A stretch of 64,000 bases of DNA. Source: Candidatus Altimarinota bacterium (GTDB lineage: Bacteria > Patescibacteriota > Gracilibacteria > JBDHUY01). The DNA lies in the NCBI GenBank assembly GCA_039809385.1, contig JBDHUY010000006.1:1-64000 (forward strand), read 5' to 3'. The translations under genes and the position numbers were made by a program. The notes beneath the pieces are model-generated. The model did no database searches and was not told the DNA's origin. It saw only the letters and a program-made list of their open reading frames with translations. This document shows positions 40,317 through 50,455 of the stretch, in pieces. The stretch's first letter is position 1. Every line of letters begins with the position of its first letter.

Positions 40317-40619
40317 ATGTCCCTTCCCCAACCCGGCATCTACCGCCATTACAAAGAAAATCTCTACCGTGTTCTGGGCACGGGACGTCACAGCGAAACC
40401 CTCGAAGAATACGTAGTCTATCAGGGACTCTACGATTCGCCCGAATTTGGTAAAAATCCGCTCTGGGTACGCCCCCTCAATTTGTTCCAGGAACAGGTAA
40501 CGGTAGATGGTCGATCGATACCTCGATTTACCTACATCGGACCCGAGAACGAGAAAGTATTGGAAGATAGAAGAGAGCGTGGAGAATCAAGAATCGAGGG
40601 AGAAGACATCGAATCTTAA
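40317..40619 (+). CDS. DUF1653 domain protein
   Basis: GIYRHYK..Y.V...HSET.E..VVYQ.LY..WVRP..F..RF. Confidence 0.88.
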   Translation: MSLPQPGIYRHYKENLYRVLGTGRHSETLEEYVVYQGLYDSPEFGKNPLWVRPLNLFQEQVTVDGRSIPRFTYIGPENEKVLEDRRERGESRIEGEDIES

Positions 40620-40715
40620 AAACCGCCACCCGTTCCTTTATAACGGATCTCTACAAATTCCCCTCTGTTTCCCCTTTTGACTTCGGACTTTTGACTTGTG
40701 ACTCATCCTCCCCGT

Positions 40716-41087
40716 ATGGACATCTATCAGGAACAAATACTCGACCTCTACAAGCACCCTCTCAATTACGGAAAACTGGAAAAAGCCCAGATTGTTCGAC
40801 ATGAGATCAATCCGACCTGCGGTGACGAAATTACCATGTACCTCTTGTTTGAAGGTGATATACTCAAACATATTACATTTGAAGGCAAAGGCTGCGCTAT
40901 CAGCCAAGCCAGCGCCAGCCTGCTCACAGAGTTTTCAACCGGAAAGTCCATAACCGAACTGGAAGGAATCGGCAAAGCAACGATCCTGGAAATGCTGGGA
41001 ATCGAGCTTGGCCCCACTCGGCTCAAGTGCGCGTTATTATCATTACAAGCATTATCGAGAGGAGTACTGGAGTACAAGAAACAATAA
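40716..41087 (+). CDS. sufU: SufU/IscU-type scaffold
   Basis: NPTCGD, GCAISQAS, RLKCALL. Confidence 0.92.
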   Translation: MDIYQEQILDLYKHPLNYGKLEKAQIVRHEINPTCGDEITMYLLFEGDILKHITFEGKGCAISQASASLLTEFSTGKSITELEGIGKATILEMLGIELGPTRLKCALLSLQALSRGVLEYKKQ

Positions 41088-41211
41088 TTAAAGCTCTAAA
41101 ATCGACCAACACCCTTCAGTTACGGATCAAATTTCGCTATTCTTTTGACAAACCGCAAAGAGTCGTTTTTAATACGCTTAGAGATACGCTGTTTCCTTCA
41201 AAAATATTATT

Positions 41212-42243
41212 ATGCCCAATGGTACTAAATCGGCTCCGCAAGTGATTATCTACAACGGATCTTCCGAAGTGAGAACCGCGAAGCTTCAAAAAGAAGCGAC
41301 TTCTCGTATCATCAGTAATGCCTCAATGATGATGGGAGAAAAATTTGAAGGAAGCAATAATCTCTATCGACTGGACTATCATAACCGTACCCATCTAGAA
41401 TATTTAACCAGAGCGGTGAAAACGATTTTGGAAGCCTGTGGAGTCCCGGACGATAAGCAACGACTTACCCTGATCGCCTTATTTGGACACGATCTGATAT
41501 TCGATTGTAATAAGCCGGCGTCTATTCCAGGACTTATCACCTCACGACTGCGTTCTCCGAAACGAGGAGACAATGAAGAACGCAGTGCACAGTTGATTCT
41601 TGAAATGATGAGAACAGAGCAAGCAAAGTACGCCGAAGAAATCTTCTCCGAGCAGGACTATAGAGATGTTCAACAAGCCGTAGAATTAACCCGGGGACAA
41701 GTAATGCATGATACCTTTGTCCAGACACACTTGCCCGGGAATATTGTACCGCCTCATATTTTTGCGCTCCTTTTCAGCGATATCAACCGATGTCTCTTGG
41801 CAGATCAGAGCCTTCCGCATCACGAACGCGGATATCTTCTCGACGGGCAGCGACTTTTACGGGAGAATTTAGTAGATGTTACCTCATTCATTCGCAGTAA
41901 TCTGCGGGAAATAACCAAAAATCATAAACGCGTATCGGAGGCAGACATACAGAAAATGCAATCCCACCTCCACGACTTTCTGTGGTGGTTTGAAACGCAA
42001 GTAAAATACGTATTTGCCCGATTGAATTATTTTAAGGACACGGATAGCCAGATTATCGATACACCAGCCGGTGGAGAGGTCATGGAGAAGTTGATCACCC
42101 CTGAGCATGCCAGAATAGCGGAAACGGCAGCCAAAAGAAGATTGGAAAGAGCACAAAAGATTGTCGCATCGACACAAACGGTTCAAGCAAAATTTACCCA
42201 GCTGGCTCGGATGGCCGGACATGCGATTCATCCCACGGAGTAA
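41212..42243 (+). CDS. HD/PDEase-like hydrolase
   Basis: YHNRTH, LFGHD, NEERSA, FSDI. Confidence 0.6.
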   Translation: MPNGTKSAPQVIIYNGSSEVRTAKLQKEATSRIISNASMMMGEKFEGSNNLYRLDYHNRTHLEYLTRAVKTILEACGVPDDKQRLTLIALFGHDLIFDCNKPASIPGLITSRLRSPKRGDNEERSAQLILEMMRTEQAKYAEEIFSEQDYRDVQQAVELTRGQVMHDTFVQTHLPGNIVPPHIFALLFSDINRCLLADQSLPHHERGYLLDGQRLLRENLVDVTSFIRSNLREITKNHKRVSEADIQKMQSHLHDFLWWFETQVKYVFARLNYFKDTDSQIIDTPAGGEVMEKLITPEHARIAETAAKRRLERAQKIVASTQTVQAKFTQLARMAGHAIHPTE

Positions 42244-42249
42244 AGCTGC

Positions 42250-43617
42250 TTATTCCTCCTGCTTTCCGGTCTTTTTCATCATCTCCTCATAGCGCTCCAG
42301 CAATTTCATCCGCTCATCGAAATGCTGTTTCGGATCGACCTGATGTTTTTTCTCATACGCTTTCTCATACTTTTCCAGTAACTCGATCGTGTTGACCGCT
42401 CCCTGATATTCCTTGGTCTCGGACGTCCGTTCGTTCACAATCAGACGGAGCTTCTTATGATGCTCGGTTTTATTGAGTAGATGACTCAAAAAAACATAGC
42501 CGACCGCAATCATAGGCACTGTAATAAACGTCTTTTCCTGATCAAGGGCGAAATTAAACAAACCGTGAAAAAACATCGCAAACAGAAGCCCCTGAAAGAT
42601 CTTTACCTCGTGAAACAGAAACCGGGTACGTCCTTTGAGAATGCTTTGAATGCGACCCCAGAAGAGCATACCCCACTTTTTCTTTTGGGCTTCCTGGAGC
42701 TCATAGGAAGCGAAATGAGCCACGCCGTAGTAGTAACCAAAAATGCCAGAGAAGACCAGATGGGCTAGTGTTGAAAGCAAAGACCGAAAGACAAACGGTA
42801 CCAGTAGAACTCCTACCTGGTGCGTATAGACACCTTTCTCTTGATCAAGTAGGCAGACGTTTGTCGCGATTTCCTGCGGAGTGCACGGAGCCAGCCAGAT
42901 CTTGTCCACGAAATAGAGAATATTCTCCAAAAAGGCAAACCCGAGCGCTACAATGATACTAAATTCAATGGCGCTGCTGATCGAATAAATCGCCTGATCG
43001 TCCGTAAACCGCACGACCAGATGCTTACTGTACTCCTCCAGAAAACCGACCATCACCGACGTCCAGAGAGATCCATAGATTAATTTGGCACTGAGAGAAT
43101 CTCCTAAAACAGGATGCAGTACGACATAGCCTACGACGATCAGTCCGGCAGTGAGCAGCCCGCAGGCAATAAAAATAATCGGCTCTTCGATCGAACGTTT
43201 GGTAACATTGCGCCAGGCATCTCGGATTTTTGTTCCAAACAGAATGTCTGCCACAAACACGATCACCGCGGCCGAAATATAGATCACCAAACTGATGGCG
43301 GTCGTGACGGCGAAAAAGATCGCAATTTTTTCGAGCGATGGATTGGCGCTCAGTGTCTGGATAAAGCGATAAATATTCAGATCCGGAATTTTTATGCCCC
43401 ACAAATCAAAGGAAAAATTGATCGTATGCTGCCAGGCAAACATCGGCAACACCGAGAGCGTGCCGGCCAAAAAAGAGACCAGAACCGTTTTGCGTTTTTC
43501 GGGCGATTTTTTATAAAACACAAACCCCCAGGCTGCTGCCGGCAGCAGCGCCATCAAAAAACCGATCACATACTGCATGACTTGGGTAGCTATTTCGGGA
43601 GAAATTCCGTTCGGCAT
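42250..43617 (-). CDS. PrsW-family intramembrane protease
   Basis: EEYSK, GFAFLEN, AH, HGLFN; multiple TM segments. Confidence 0.88.
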   Translation of the reverse strand: MPNGISPEIATQVMQYVIGFLMALLPAAAWGFVFYKKSPEKRKTVLVSFLAGTLSVLPMFAWQHTINFSFDLWGIKIPDLNIYRFIQTLSANPSLEKIAIFFAVTTAISLVIYISAAVIVFVADILFGTKIRDAWRNVTKRSIEEPIIFIACGLLTAGLIVVGYVVLHPVLGDSLSAKLIYGSLWTSVMVGFLEEYSKHLVVRFTDDQAIYSISSAIEFSIIVALGFAFLENILYFVDKIWLAPCTPQEIATNVCLLDQEKGVYTHQVGVLLVPFVFRSLLSTLAHLVFSGIFGYYYGVAHFASYELQEAQKKKWGMLFWGRIQSILKGRTRFLFHEVKIFQGLLFAMFFHGLFNFALDQEKTFITVPMIAVGYVFLSHLLNKTEHHKKLRLIVNERTSETKEYQGAVNTIELLEKYEKAYEKKHQVDPKQHFDERMKLLERYEEMMKKTGKQEE

Positions 43618-43748
43618 AGAAAGAACAAAAAAACTAAGAAGAATGAGAAATATTCTTAGCAGTATACCATACCGGAGCATCAAGATACAATGACAACTCG
43701 ATGAAACAAAGAGACTCCAAGATTTTGCGTTTATTGAGGATGATAGCC

Positions 43749-45428
43749 TTAATACATGTCTTTTTGGTAACATGTTTCGCAATACACGATCTCCTTTCGA
43801 TCAGGAGCATAACTCGTTTGAATCGGGGTACGGCATTTCATGCAAGTCCGATCCCACAATTTGCGCGGGTTGCGCAGCGCCATCCGGTTTTTATGCCGGC
43901 AATCGGGACACTTGCGAGGAACAGGTAGATGCATCTCGCGATAAAACCGCAGTTCCTGTACGATCACTTTGTATTTGCGGGAACAAGTCGCACAGGTCAG
44001 GATTTGTTTTGTGATATCGTCCGATACGTCACGGATATTATCGGGAATCTCGATTTTGGGTCCAAAATATTTGGTTGTTTCCGTATCCTCTTTCCAGCGA
44101 TATCCTCGCCGTACCGCCTCCGCTTTTTCAAGCGGGAAATATTCCTGCGCTACCGTTTCGTTATACGCAAAGGGCGACAATTGCATCGGAAAAAATTCGC
44201 CCCATTCGCCGTTTTTTTGCATCTGTTCAATAATTTTCGGAATCAGTTTCTCATACTCTTCTTTGGTATATTGCTTGTTTAAAATGCAGTAACGTTTGTT
44301 TTTCAGCCCGACACAGCCAAACAGATCCCGACAACTGTTCATGCAAAGATAAGAATACAAAATATCTTGTGCGCCGATACAAGTCACGCTAAAGATATTC
44401 CTATACGCAGCTCCTCCGACTTCCATACATTCATAACACAATTCGGCCGTTGATCCCCAGGCAAAGATATCCTGGCAATCTTTTGCCGTGTGCAACCAAC
44501 TCACATAGCGACAATCTTCCAAAGCACTTACATCGTAGGCATCAAATGTGTCTTTGCAATAGTAAATACTACTTCCGCTCACGTGATCATTTGATTGGCC
44601 TATCATATACTTTCTGGGATATGAAAGAGCATACGTTCTGAAATACTCTACCATCTTTGCCAGACTGTCGTATTTACCCATCTGTATTTTTTGAAGCTGT
44701 TTTTGGTATTCGTCCCTCGTTAGCTGCTTATTCAAAAAACAGTACTGTTGATGCCGGAGATTGACGCAACCGAAACAATCATTACAACCGATGCAATCGA
44801 TCAGAAACGCCGATGTAGAACAATTCAGGCAATTTTGAGAGAAGAAACACTGAAAACACCCCTCGCAATCAATACACTGATAGCAACGCTCGCAACCGCG
44901 GATCATGCAATTATCAATACAGTTTTGCGAGTCGTTTATATAATTTCCGTACAGGCAATCCTGGTTCCTGTTACCGGCCGCAATGAGATAGCAGTTTTTG
45001 GAAGCGGATATAGATTGGTTATAGTCGCAATTGATACTCTCGCTATCCATCATGAGAGCAAACAGAGGTACTCTCTGGAGAAGAACGGAGAATTGCTCAA
45101 AAAAACTCTTCCGAAAATCAAATTCTTGGGCATACAACGACGCATCCCAGCTATCGGACCACCATTCTTTATTGGCATAGACAACTTGATTTTTATCAGG
45201 GGAAAGCACTGAAATAATTTCCTGGCCGGACAGATCAGATTTGCGGTTATACAGTTTGCGTTCGTTACGCCAGGCCAGACGCCGCTGCTGCCGGCAATCC
45301 GGACACAACGTCGGCGGTGGAATTCGATACGTCTGTCCCTCAAATACCGGCGAGATTTTCTCGTAGAAGGCACAATCGGAATCAGTGATTTCAAAGGAAA
45401 CTTTGCAATGACGACAGGTCTGGTACAT
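43749..45428 (-). CDS. Cys-rich zinc-ribbon/CxxC-repeat protein
   Basis: CRHC, PTLCPDCRQQRR, dense Cys repeats, CILNKQY, GEWGEFFP, terminal CxxC pairs. Confidence 0.9.
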   Translation of the reverse strand: MYQTCRHCKVSFEITDSDCAFYEKISPVFEGQTYRIPPPTLCPDCRQQRRLAWRNERKLYNRKSDLSGQEIISVLSPDKNQVVYANKEWWSDSWDASLYAQEFDFRKSFFEQFSVLLQRVPLFALMMDSESINCDYNQSISASKNCYLIAAGNRNQDCLYGNYINDSQNCIDNCMIRGCERCYQCIDCEGCFQCFFSQNCLNCSTSAFLIDCIGCNDCFGCVNLRHQQYCFLNKQLTRDEYQKQLQKIQMGKYDSLAKMVEYFRTYALSYPRKYMIGQSNDHVSGSSIYYCKDTFDAYDVSALEDCRYVSWLHTAKDCQDIFAWGSTAELCYECMEVGGAAYRNIFSVTCIGAQDILYSYLCMNSCRDLFGCVGLKNKRYCILNKQYTKEEYEKLIPKIIEQMQKNGEWGEFFPMQLSPFAYNETVAQEYFPLEKAEAVRRGYRWKEDTETTKYFGPKIEIPDNIRDVSDDITKQILTCATCSRKYKVIVQELRFYREMHLPVPRKCPDCRHKNRMALRNPRKLWDRTCMKCRTPIQTSYAPDRKEIVYCETCYQKDMY

Positions 45429-45449
45429 AAAAATAATTAGGTAATGAAC

Positions 45450-45479
45450 CGTAGAGACGCAATGCATTGCGTCTCTACG
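45450..45479. repeat. GTAG-type REP palindrome
   Basis: Perfect 30-bp palindrome CGTAGAGACGCAATGCATTGCGTCTCTACG. Confidence 0.85.
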
Positions 45480-45530
45480 CGTGGCATGTCCTGGGGGAGA
45501 TATTCTAATTTATTCTTCAACGCTCGCAAT

Positions 45531-47225
45531 TCAATAAACGCTTTCCTGATAACACTTCTCGCAATACACGATCTCTTTCCTGTCAGGAGCATAACTCGTT
45601 TGAATCGGCGTACTGCATTTCATGCAAGTCCGATCCCACAATTTGCGCGGGTTGCGCAGTTCCAGGCGTTTTAAATGCCGGCAATCAAAGCATTGACGGG
45701 GAAGAGGCAAGTTCATCATTTGATAGAATCGCAACTCATGAACAATGATTTTGTAGCGCCTGTGGCAACTGCTACAGGAGAGGATCTGATTCGTAATATC
45801 TGCCGGAGTACCCCCGATATCGTCAGCAATTTCAATCGATGGCCCGTAGTATTTTGAACTTTCTTGCTCTTCCTTCCACATAATACCCCGTTGTAGTACT
45901 TGATCTCTTTTAAGAGGGAAAAAATCCTGAGCAATTGTTTCGTTATAGGCAAATGGGGATAATGACATGGGAAAAAATTCGCCCCATTCGCCACTTTTTT
46001 GCATATGCTCAATAATTTTCGGTACCAATATTTCGTATTCTTCCTTGGTATACTGTTTATTTAAGATACAATACTGTTTGTGTCTGAGTCCGATACAACC
46101 GAAACAATCAGTCGTGTTATTAAAACAAAGCTCGCAATAGTAAAGATTCTGCGTCCCCCACCATGCAATGTTAATAAAAAGACAATGATTTCCACTTACC
46201 ATGCTGTGTGTTTCATAGCACTGTGTAGACCCGCCACTATAGGAAGAATCAAAACAACTGTAATTGCCATTAACGGAATACTGAAGATATGCGCCATCTT
46301 GAGAATCGCTCGTATCGAAGCAAGAACGGCATTTTTTGGCATTTTCCAGATAGTCTCCGGTAGAATCATCGCAGGTATACTGATGGGTAGAAATGTGTGG
46401 TGTTCTTTGATCAAATGCGTCAAAAAAATTCCTCGCCTTAGAAAAACCCGTATACGTATACAACTTCAATTGTTCCATAAGCTTGAAGTACTCCCCCTTG
46501 CTGTATTGTTTGTTTAAAATACAATACTGCTTATCTCTCAGCCCTTTACAGGCAATACAGTTTTTAGAGCGTTTACAATCTGACAAGAAATAGGATTCAC
46601 TACAATCAGTGCAATTGCGCGAGGAGACTAATCGGTAACAGTTTTTACAGTCCGATACGTCGACGCAGTATTGGCAATCCGAGATATTAATCGCATCAAG
46701 ACAACTGGTACATTTGCTCAAACACGTTCCATAGTAGCAATTTTCATTATGTCCATAGGAATTGCTGAAAATGAGATACGCGTTTTTATTATTGGCAGTA
46801 TAGTTTGTATATTCTGAATTTTCGCTGTTGGTATTGAGAATACTCACCCGTGGCACTTCCTTTTGAAGCTCCCGGAACTGTTCAAAAAATGGTCGATTAA
46901 AATCAAAATCGCGACCATACTGTAAAGGATCCCATTGATCTGACCACCATTCTTTTTGATCGTATACCCGGAAGGGTTTGTCAGCTGAATACATGGAAAT
47001 GATCTCTTTGCCTGTCAGATCGCAACGCCGGTTATATAATTTCCGTTCATTGCGAAAAGCGGAACGCCGCTGCTGCCGGCAGTCAGGACACAGTGTTGGA
47101 ACGGGAATAGTATATTTTTTATGACCAAAAACCGCCGCAATCCTGTCATAAAACAGCTGATCTTCTTTGCTGATCAGAAAGGAATGTTGTTTATTCTGAG
47201 CGCAAATCCGGGGAATATTGGTCAT
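45531..47225 (-). CDS. Cys-rich zinc-ribbon/CxxC-repeat protein (tandem paralog)
   Basis: Same motifs as 43749; start could be ATG 47225 or 47231. Confidence 0.9.
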   Translation of the reverse strand: MTNIPRICAQNKQHSFLISKEDQLFYDRIAAVFGHKKYTIPVPTLCPDCRQQRRSAFRNERKLYNRRCDLTGKEIISMYSADKPFRVYDQKEWWSDQWDPLQYGRDFDFNRPFFEQFRELQKEVPRVSILNTNSENSEYTNYTANNKNAYLIFSNSYGHNENCYYGTCLSKCTSCLDAINISDCQYCVDVSDCKNCYRLVSSRNCTDCSESYFLSDCKRSKNCIACKGLRDKQYCILNKQYSKGEYFKLMEQLKLYTYTGFSKARNFFDAFDQRTPHISTHQYTCDDSTGDYLENAKKCRSCFDTSDSQDGAYLQYSVNGNYSCFDSSYSGGSTQCYETHSMVSGNHCLFINIAWWGTQNLYYCELCFNNTTDCFGCIGLRHKQYCILNKQYTKEEYEILVPKIIEHMQKSGEWGEFFPMSLSPFAYNETIAQDFFPLKRDQVLQRGIMWKEEQESSKYYGPSIEIADDIGGTPADITNQILSCSSCHRRYKIIVHELRFYQMMNLPLPRQCFDCRHLKRLELRNPRKLWDRTCMKCSTPIQTSYAPDRKEIVYCEKCYQESVY

Positions 47226-47397
47226 ATGCATTGTGGAAATCATTCACGAAGAGTATACCAATCACACAAACACATGACAGAAAATGAGACAATAGCAATA
47301 TAATGTTATCATTCATTTTACTCTTCATAAAGCTTGAAACAGCCATCGAATATTTGTTAAAATATCTGTAGACGGGCATCGACAACACCGCTTGCAC

Positions 47398-47515
47398 GAA
47401 ATATCAAAATCCAAATTTCAAATGACAAAATAATCACAACTATCAAAACCGCAATATGGACAATCCTTCGTTTTGGTATTTGGGCTTTGACATTCTTTTG
47501 AGATTTGAACTTTTA
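47398..47515. repeat. Gene-less inverted heptamer-array element before the TrmB gene
   Basis: AAATATC AAAATCC AAATTTC AAATGAC ... TTGGTAT TTGGGCT TTGACAT ... TTGAGAT TTGAACT. Confidence 0.7.
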
Positions 47516-47520
47516 ATCCT

Positions 47521-48279
47521 ATGCTTCACGATGACCTTCACGAACTGGGGCTGGCCGACGAAGAGATCAAAGTCTATTTGAGCGTACTTGAACTGGGCGG
47601 CGGATTTGTGTCGAGCATTGCGCGCAAAGCCGGGGTACACCGGGTGACCTGCTACAATACGCTCGGCAATCTGGAAAAAAAAAGCGTGATACGGAGTACC
47701 ATGCAAAAAAATGTACGGTTCTACTCGGCAGAACCGCCACAAGTATTGCTGAACCAGATCGAGGAAAAATACCACCGGGCACAAAAGCTCCTGCCTGAAC
47801 TGGAAGCGCTCTATCGTGCTGCGGCGTTTACGCCGCGGATCCAGTTTTTCGAAGATCGTAAAAATATCATCCCGCTGTTCGAACAGATGACCCAGGCCGG
47901 TTCCGAGATTCTGGGATATACGAATTTGGCTCCTTTAAGCAAAATTTTCGGCGATACGCTCAATCAATTCGGAGAAAAATTGATTGTTCAAAAAAGGAAG
48001 TGCCGCTTACTCTGCCCGTACGATGTGGCCAATACCGAACTGGTGGAAAAGTATTTTTCCCTGGCAGTAAACAGAAATCACCTGGAAGTGCTGTGCGTAA
48101 ATCCGGAACAGTTTCCGTTCAAAAACGGGGTCTTCTTCTATGACGATAAAATGGCGATTATTTCATACGACAAAGACGAACTACTCGGTGTCATTATTCA
48201 AAGCTCGGTCAATACCCAGACCCAGAAAGCCATGTTCGATCTGGCGTGGCTCGGCGCGACGAGTTTTATTGTACGGTAG
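47521..48279 (+). CDS. TrmB-family transcriptional regulator
   Basis: LGLADEEIKVYLSVLELG, PRIQFFE, YDDKMAII..GVIIQS..FDLAW. Confidence 0.88.
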   Translation: MLHDDLHELGLADEEIKVYLSVLELGGGFVSSIARKAGVHRVTCYNTLGNLEKKSVIRSTMQKNVRFYSAEPPQVLLNQIEEKYHRAQKLLPELEALYRAAAFTPRIQFFEDRKNIIPLFEQMTQAGSEILGYTNLAPLSKIFGDTLNQFGEKLIVQKRKCRLLCPYDVANTELVEKYFSLAVNRNHLEVLCVNPEQFPFKNGVFFYDDKMAIISYDKDELLGVIIQSSVNTQTQKAMFDLAWLGATSFIVR

Positions 48280-48290
48280 CTTTTCGGGTG

Positions 48291-49613
48291 TTAGTTGCGT
48301 CTTTCGATCAAAGATTTCCCCCCCATAAAAGGCCTAAGAACTTCGGGCACCGTAATACTTCCGTCGGCATTCTGATAGTTTTCCAGGATGGCGATAAAAA
48401 TGCGCGGAGAGGGCAGGGCCGTATTATTGAGCATATACACAAATTTGCGGTTGCCGTCTTTGTCGATGTAACGAACGTTTAAACGCCGGGACTGCCAATC
48501 CAGAAAATTACTAGCCGAACCGGTTTCGCCATAGCTGTCACGGCTGGGAATCCAGGCTTCGAGGTCAAACATCTTGTACTTGCCGGCGTGCATATCTCCG
48601 GTACAGATCATCAGCTGGCGGTAAGGCAAGCCGAGCTCCTCGTGCATCTCTTTGGAGATACTAATCATTTCTTGCTGCAGCTTATCAGCTTGTTCCACAT
48701 CGGCTCGGGCAAGAATTACCTGCTCGACTTTCATGAATTCATGAACGCGATATATCCCCTTGGTATCCTTACCATACGAACCAATCTCGCTACGGTAGCA
48801 CTGGCTGTAACCGGCAAAGCGGATCGGCAAGTTTTCTTCTTTTAACACTTCATCGCTGTAGTAGGCCAATAGAGAAGGTTCGGATGTTCCAACAAGAAAT
48901 TTCTTCTCCTTACTGGTAGTTCCATCCACTTCCTTATCCTGGCTCGCAACCTGATAGATCTCATCGACTTCGGTATCATATTCCATACCTTTGAAATAGC
49001 CGCTGCCAAAGAGCGCCGCGCCTTTTATCAGCGTCGGCGGAATGACGAGCGAATAGCCCTTAGCATTCATTTTCTGTAAAGCATAGTTCATGAAACCCAT
49101 CATGAGCAGCACACCGTCATTTTTGACATAATATCCGCGGTATCCGCCAACTTTTACCCCTCGTTCGATATCCAAAATGTCCAATTCTTTTCCCAAGGTA
49201 ATATGATCTTTAACCGGAAAGTCAAACTGCCGCGGCGTTCCCCATTTGTATATTTCGACGTTTTCGCTATCGTCTTTGCCGAAAGGAACGTCTGGGGCGG
49301 GAATAGTGGGAACCCGGCACATCAGATTCGTAAATTCAGGCCCGGTCTTGTTAAGCTCTTCTTCAATTGTTGCGATCTCTTCTTTTAATCGCCGCCCTTC
49401 GGCAATAGCTGTTTCATCGGGTTTTCCGGCCGTTTTTTTCAAAATCTCGGCATTCTCGTTGCGCTGTCTCTGAAGTTCCTCCAGTTTTCGCTGCAACTCG
49501 GACCGTTCTTTGTCAAGTGCCAGAAGGCGATCGAGGTCCAGTTTGATATTTTTATCCTGGGCGGCTTTCCGGATCTTTTCAGGATATTCGCGAATGAATT
49601 TGATGTCGACCAT
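48291..49613 (-). CDS. serS: Seryl-tRNA synthetase
   Basis: N-terminal coiled coil, GTSE, CYRSEIGS, RVHEF.KVEQ, LNNTA, LENYQ. Confidence 0.97.
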   Translation of the reverse strand: MVDIKFIREYPEKIRKAAQDKNIKLDLDRLLALDKERSELQRKLEELQRQRNENAEILKKTAGKPDETAIAEGRRLKEEIATIEEELNKTGPEFTNLMCRVPTIPAPDVPFGKDDSENVEIYKWGTPRQFDFPVKDHITLGKELDILDIERGVKVGGYRGYYVKNDGVLLMMGFMNYALQKMNAKGYSLVIPPTLIKGAALFGSGYFKGMEYDTEVDEIYQVASQDKEVDGTTSKEKKFLVGTSEPSLLAYYSDEVLKEENLPIRFAGYSQCYRSEIGSYGKDTKGIYRVHEFMKVEQVILARADVEQADKLQQEMISISKEMHEELGLPYRQLMICTGDMHAGKYKMFDLEAWIPSRDSYGETGSASNFLDWQSRRLNVRYIDKDGNRKFVYMLNNTALPSPRIFIAILENYQNADGSITVPEVLRPFMGGKSLIERRN

Positions 49614-49754
49614 GAGACAAAGTTCGTAATAGGATAAAACTAAAAACAGAGATATCTTAAAATATCGAGATTTAAATATCAAATATCAAACACACAAGTA
49701 CGGAAATAAAGCAAAGAAGATGCTACGCCAAAAATAAAAAAGTGATAAATCATT

Positions 49755-49881
49755 TTGACATTTATACATTCTTAAATATAAAATACGTTTCCTATGTCGC
49801 ATGACGAGACTTTTTTCTTATATTGTCACTTTTAAGAAAATGAGCTCCGTCTCGAAATAGGAAGATCTTTGAACAAAGGGG
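49755..49881 (+). promoter_or_regulatory. Promoter, long leader hairpin, boxA-like motif and SD
   Basis: TTGACA (49755) with TATAAA/TAAAAT; TTCCTAT..CGAGAC../..GTCTCG..ATAGGAA stem; GATCTTTGAACA; AAGGGG. Confidence 0.55.
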
Positions 49882-49889
49882 AAATTAAA

Positions 49890-50432
49890 ATGAAAGAGCT
49901 GTTAAGAATGCTCTGGAACAGGTATATAAAAGTTACCTGCAGCGAAGAAAAATGTAATTGGTGGTTGGAAAAAGGAAAAGTAAACTGGCAGGATACAGAA
50001 CACTTTGCATCTTGTGCAAAGTTTTCTCCAGACTCAACAGTGAAGCTGGTCAGAATAATACAAGATGAAGTCTTTCATAAAAAGTTAAACACTTTACTGA
50101 TATCTTCAATCCAAATTGACTTTTTCAATGAAGCAGGAGACGAAGAAAGTCTAATCCTAGACAAGAACGAAAATTCTGAAGTCTTTATCTTAGAGGGAGA
50201 CGACTGGTTCGGATCTCTAACAGTGCAACTAGAAGATGGAAATATAGAGATTCTGAAAGTTGCCATAAATGTTAGAAAACAGAAAATCCTCGCGGAAGAT
50301 AGGATCAATCCTCTACCCGTTATCAATGACAAGTTCTTAAAACTAAATTCTTGGCAACACCTGGAAGTAACTTTTAAACAAGAAAATAATTCATTCTATA
50401 TAAGAACTGACTTTATAACACTCGATCATTAA
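49890..50432 (+). CDS. Hypothetical protein (ORFan-like)
   Basis: AT-rich ORF with its own promoter, SD and terminator. Confidence 0.7.
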   Translation: MKELLRMLWNRYIKVTCSEEKCNWWLEKGKVNWQDTEHFASCAKFSPDSTVKLVRIIQDEVFHKKLNTLLISSIQIDFFNEAGDEESLILDKNENSEVFILEGDDWFGSLTVQLEDGNIEILKVAINVRKQKILAEDRINPLPVINDKFLKLNSWQHLEVTFKQENNSFYIRTDFITLDH

Positions 50433-50455
50433 ACCTTCCCCCTTCTTCGAAGAAT

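Noticed and set aside
43777-45659. DGR template/variable repeat pair, given Avd-like genes in the window
   Set aside because: Mismatches are not adenine-specific, both copies are coding, and no reverse transcriptase is present.
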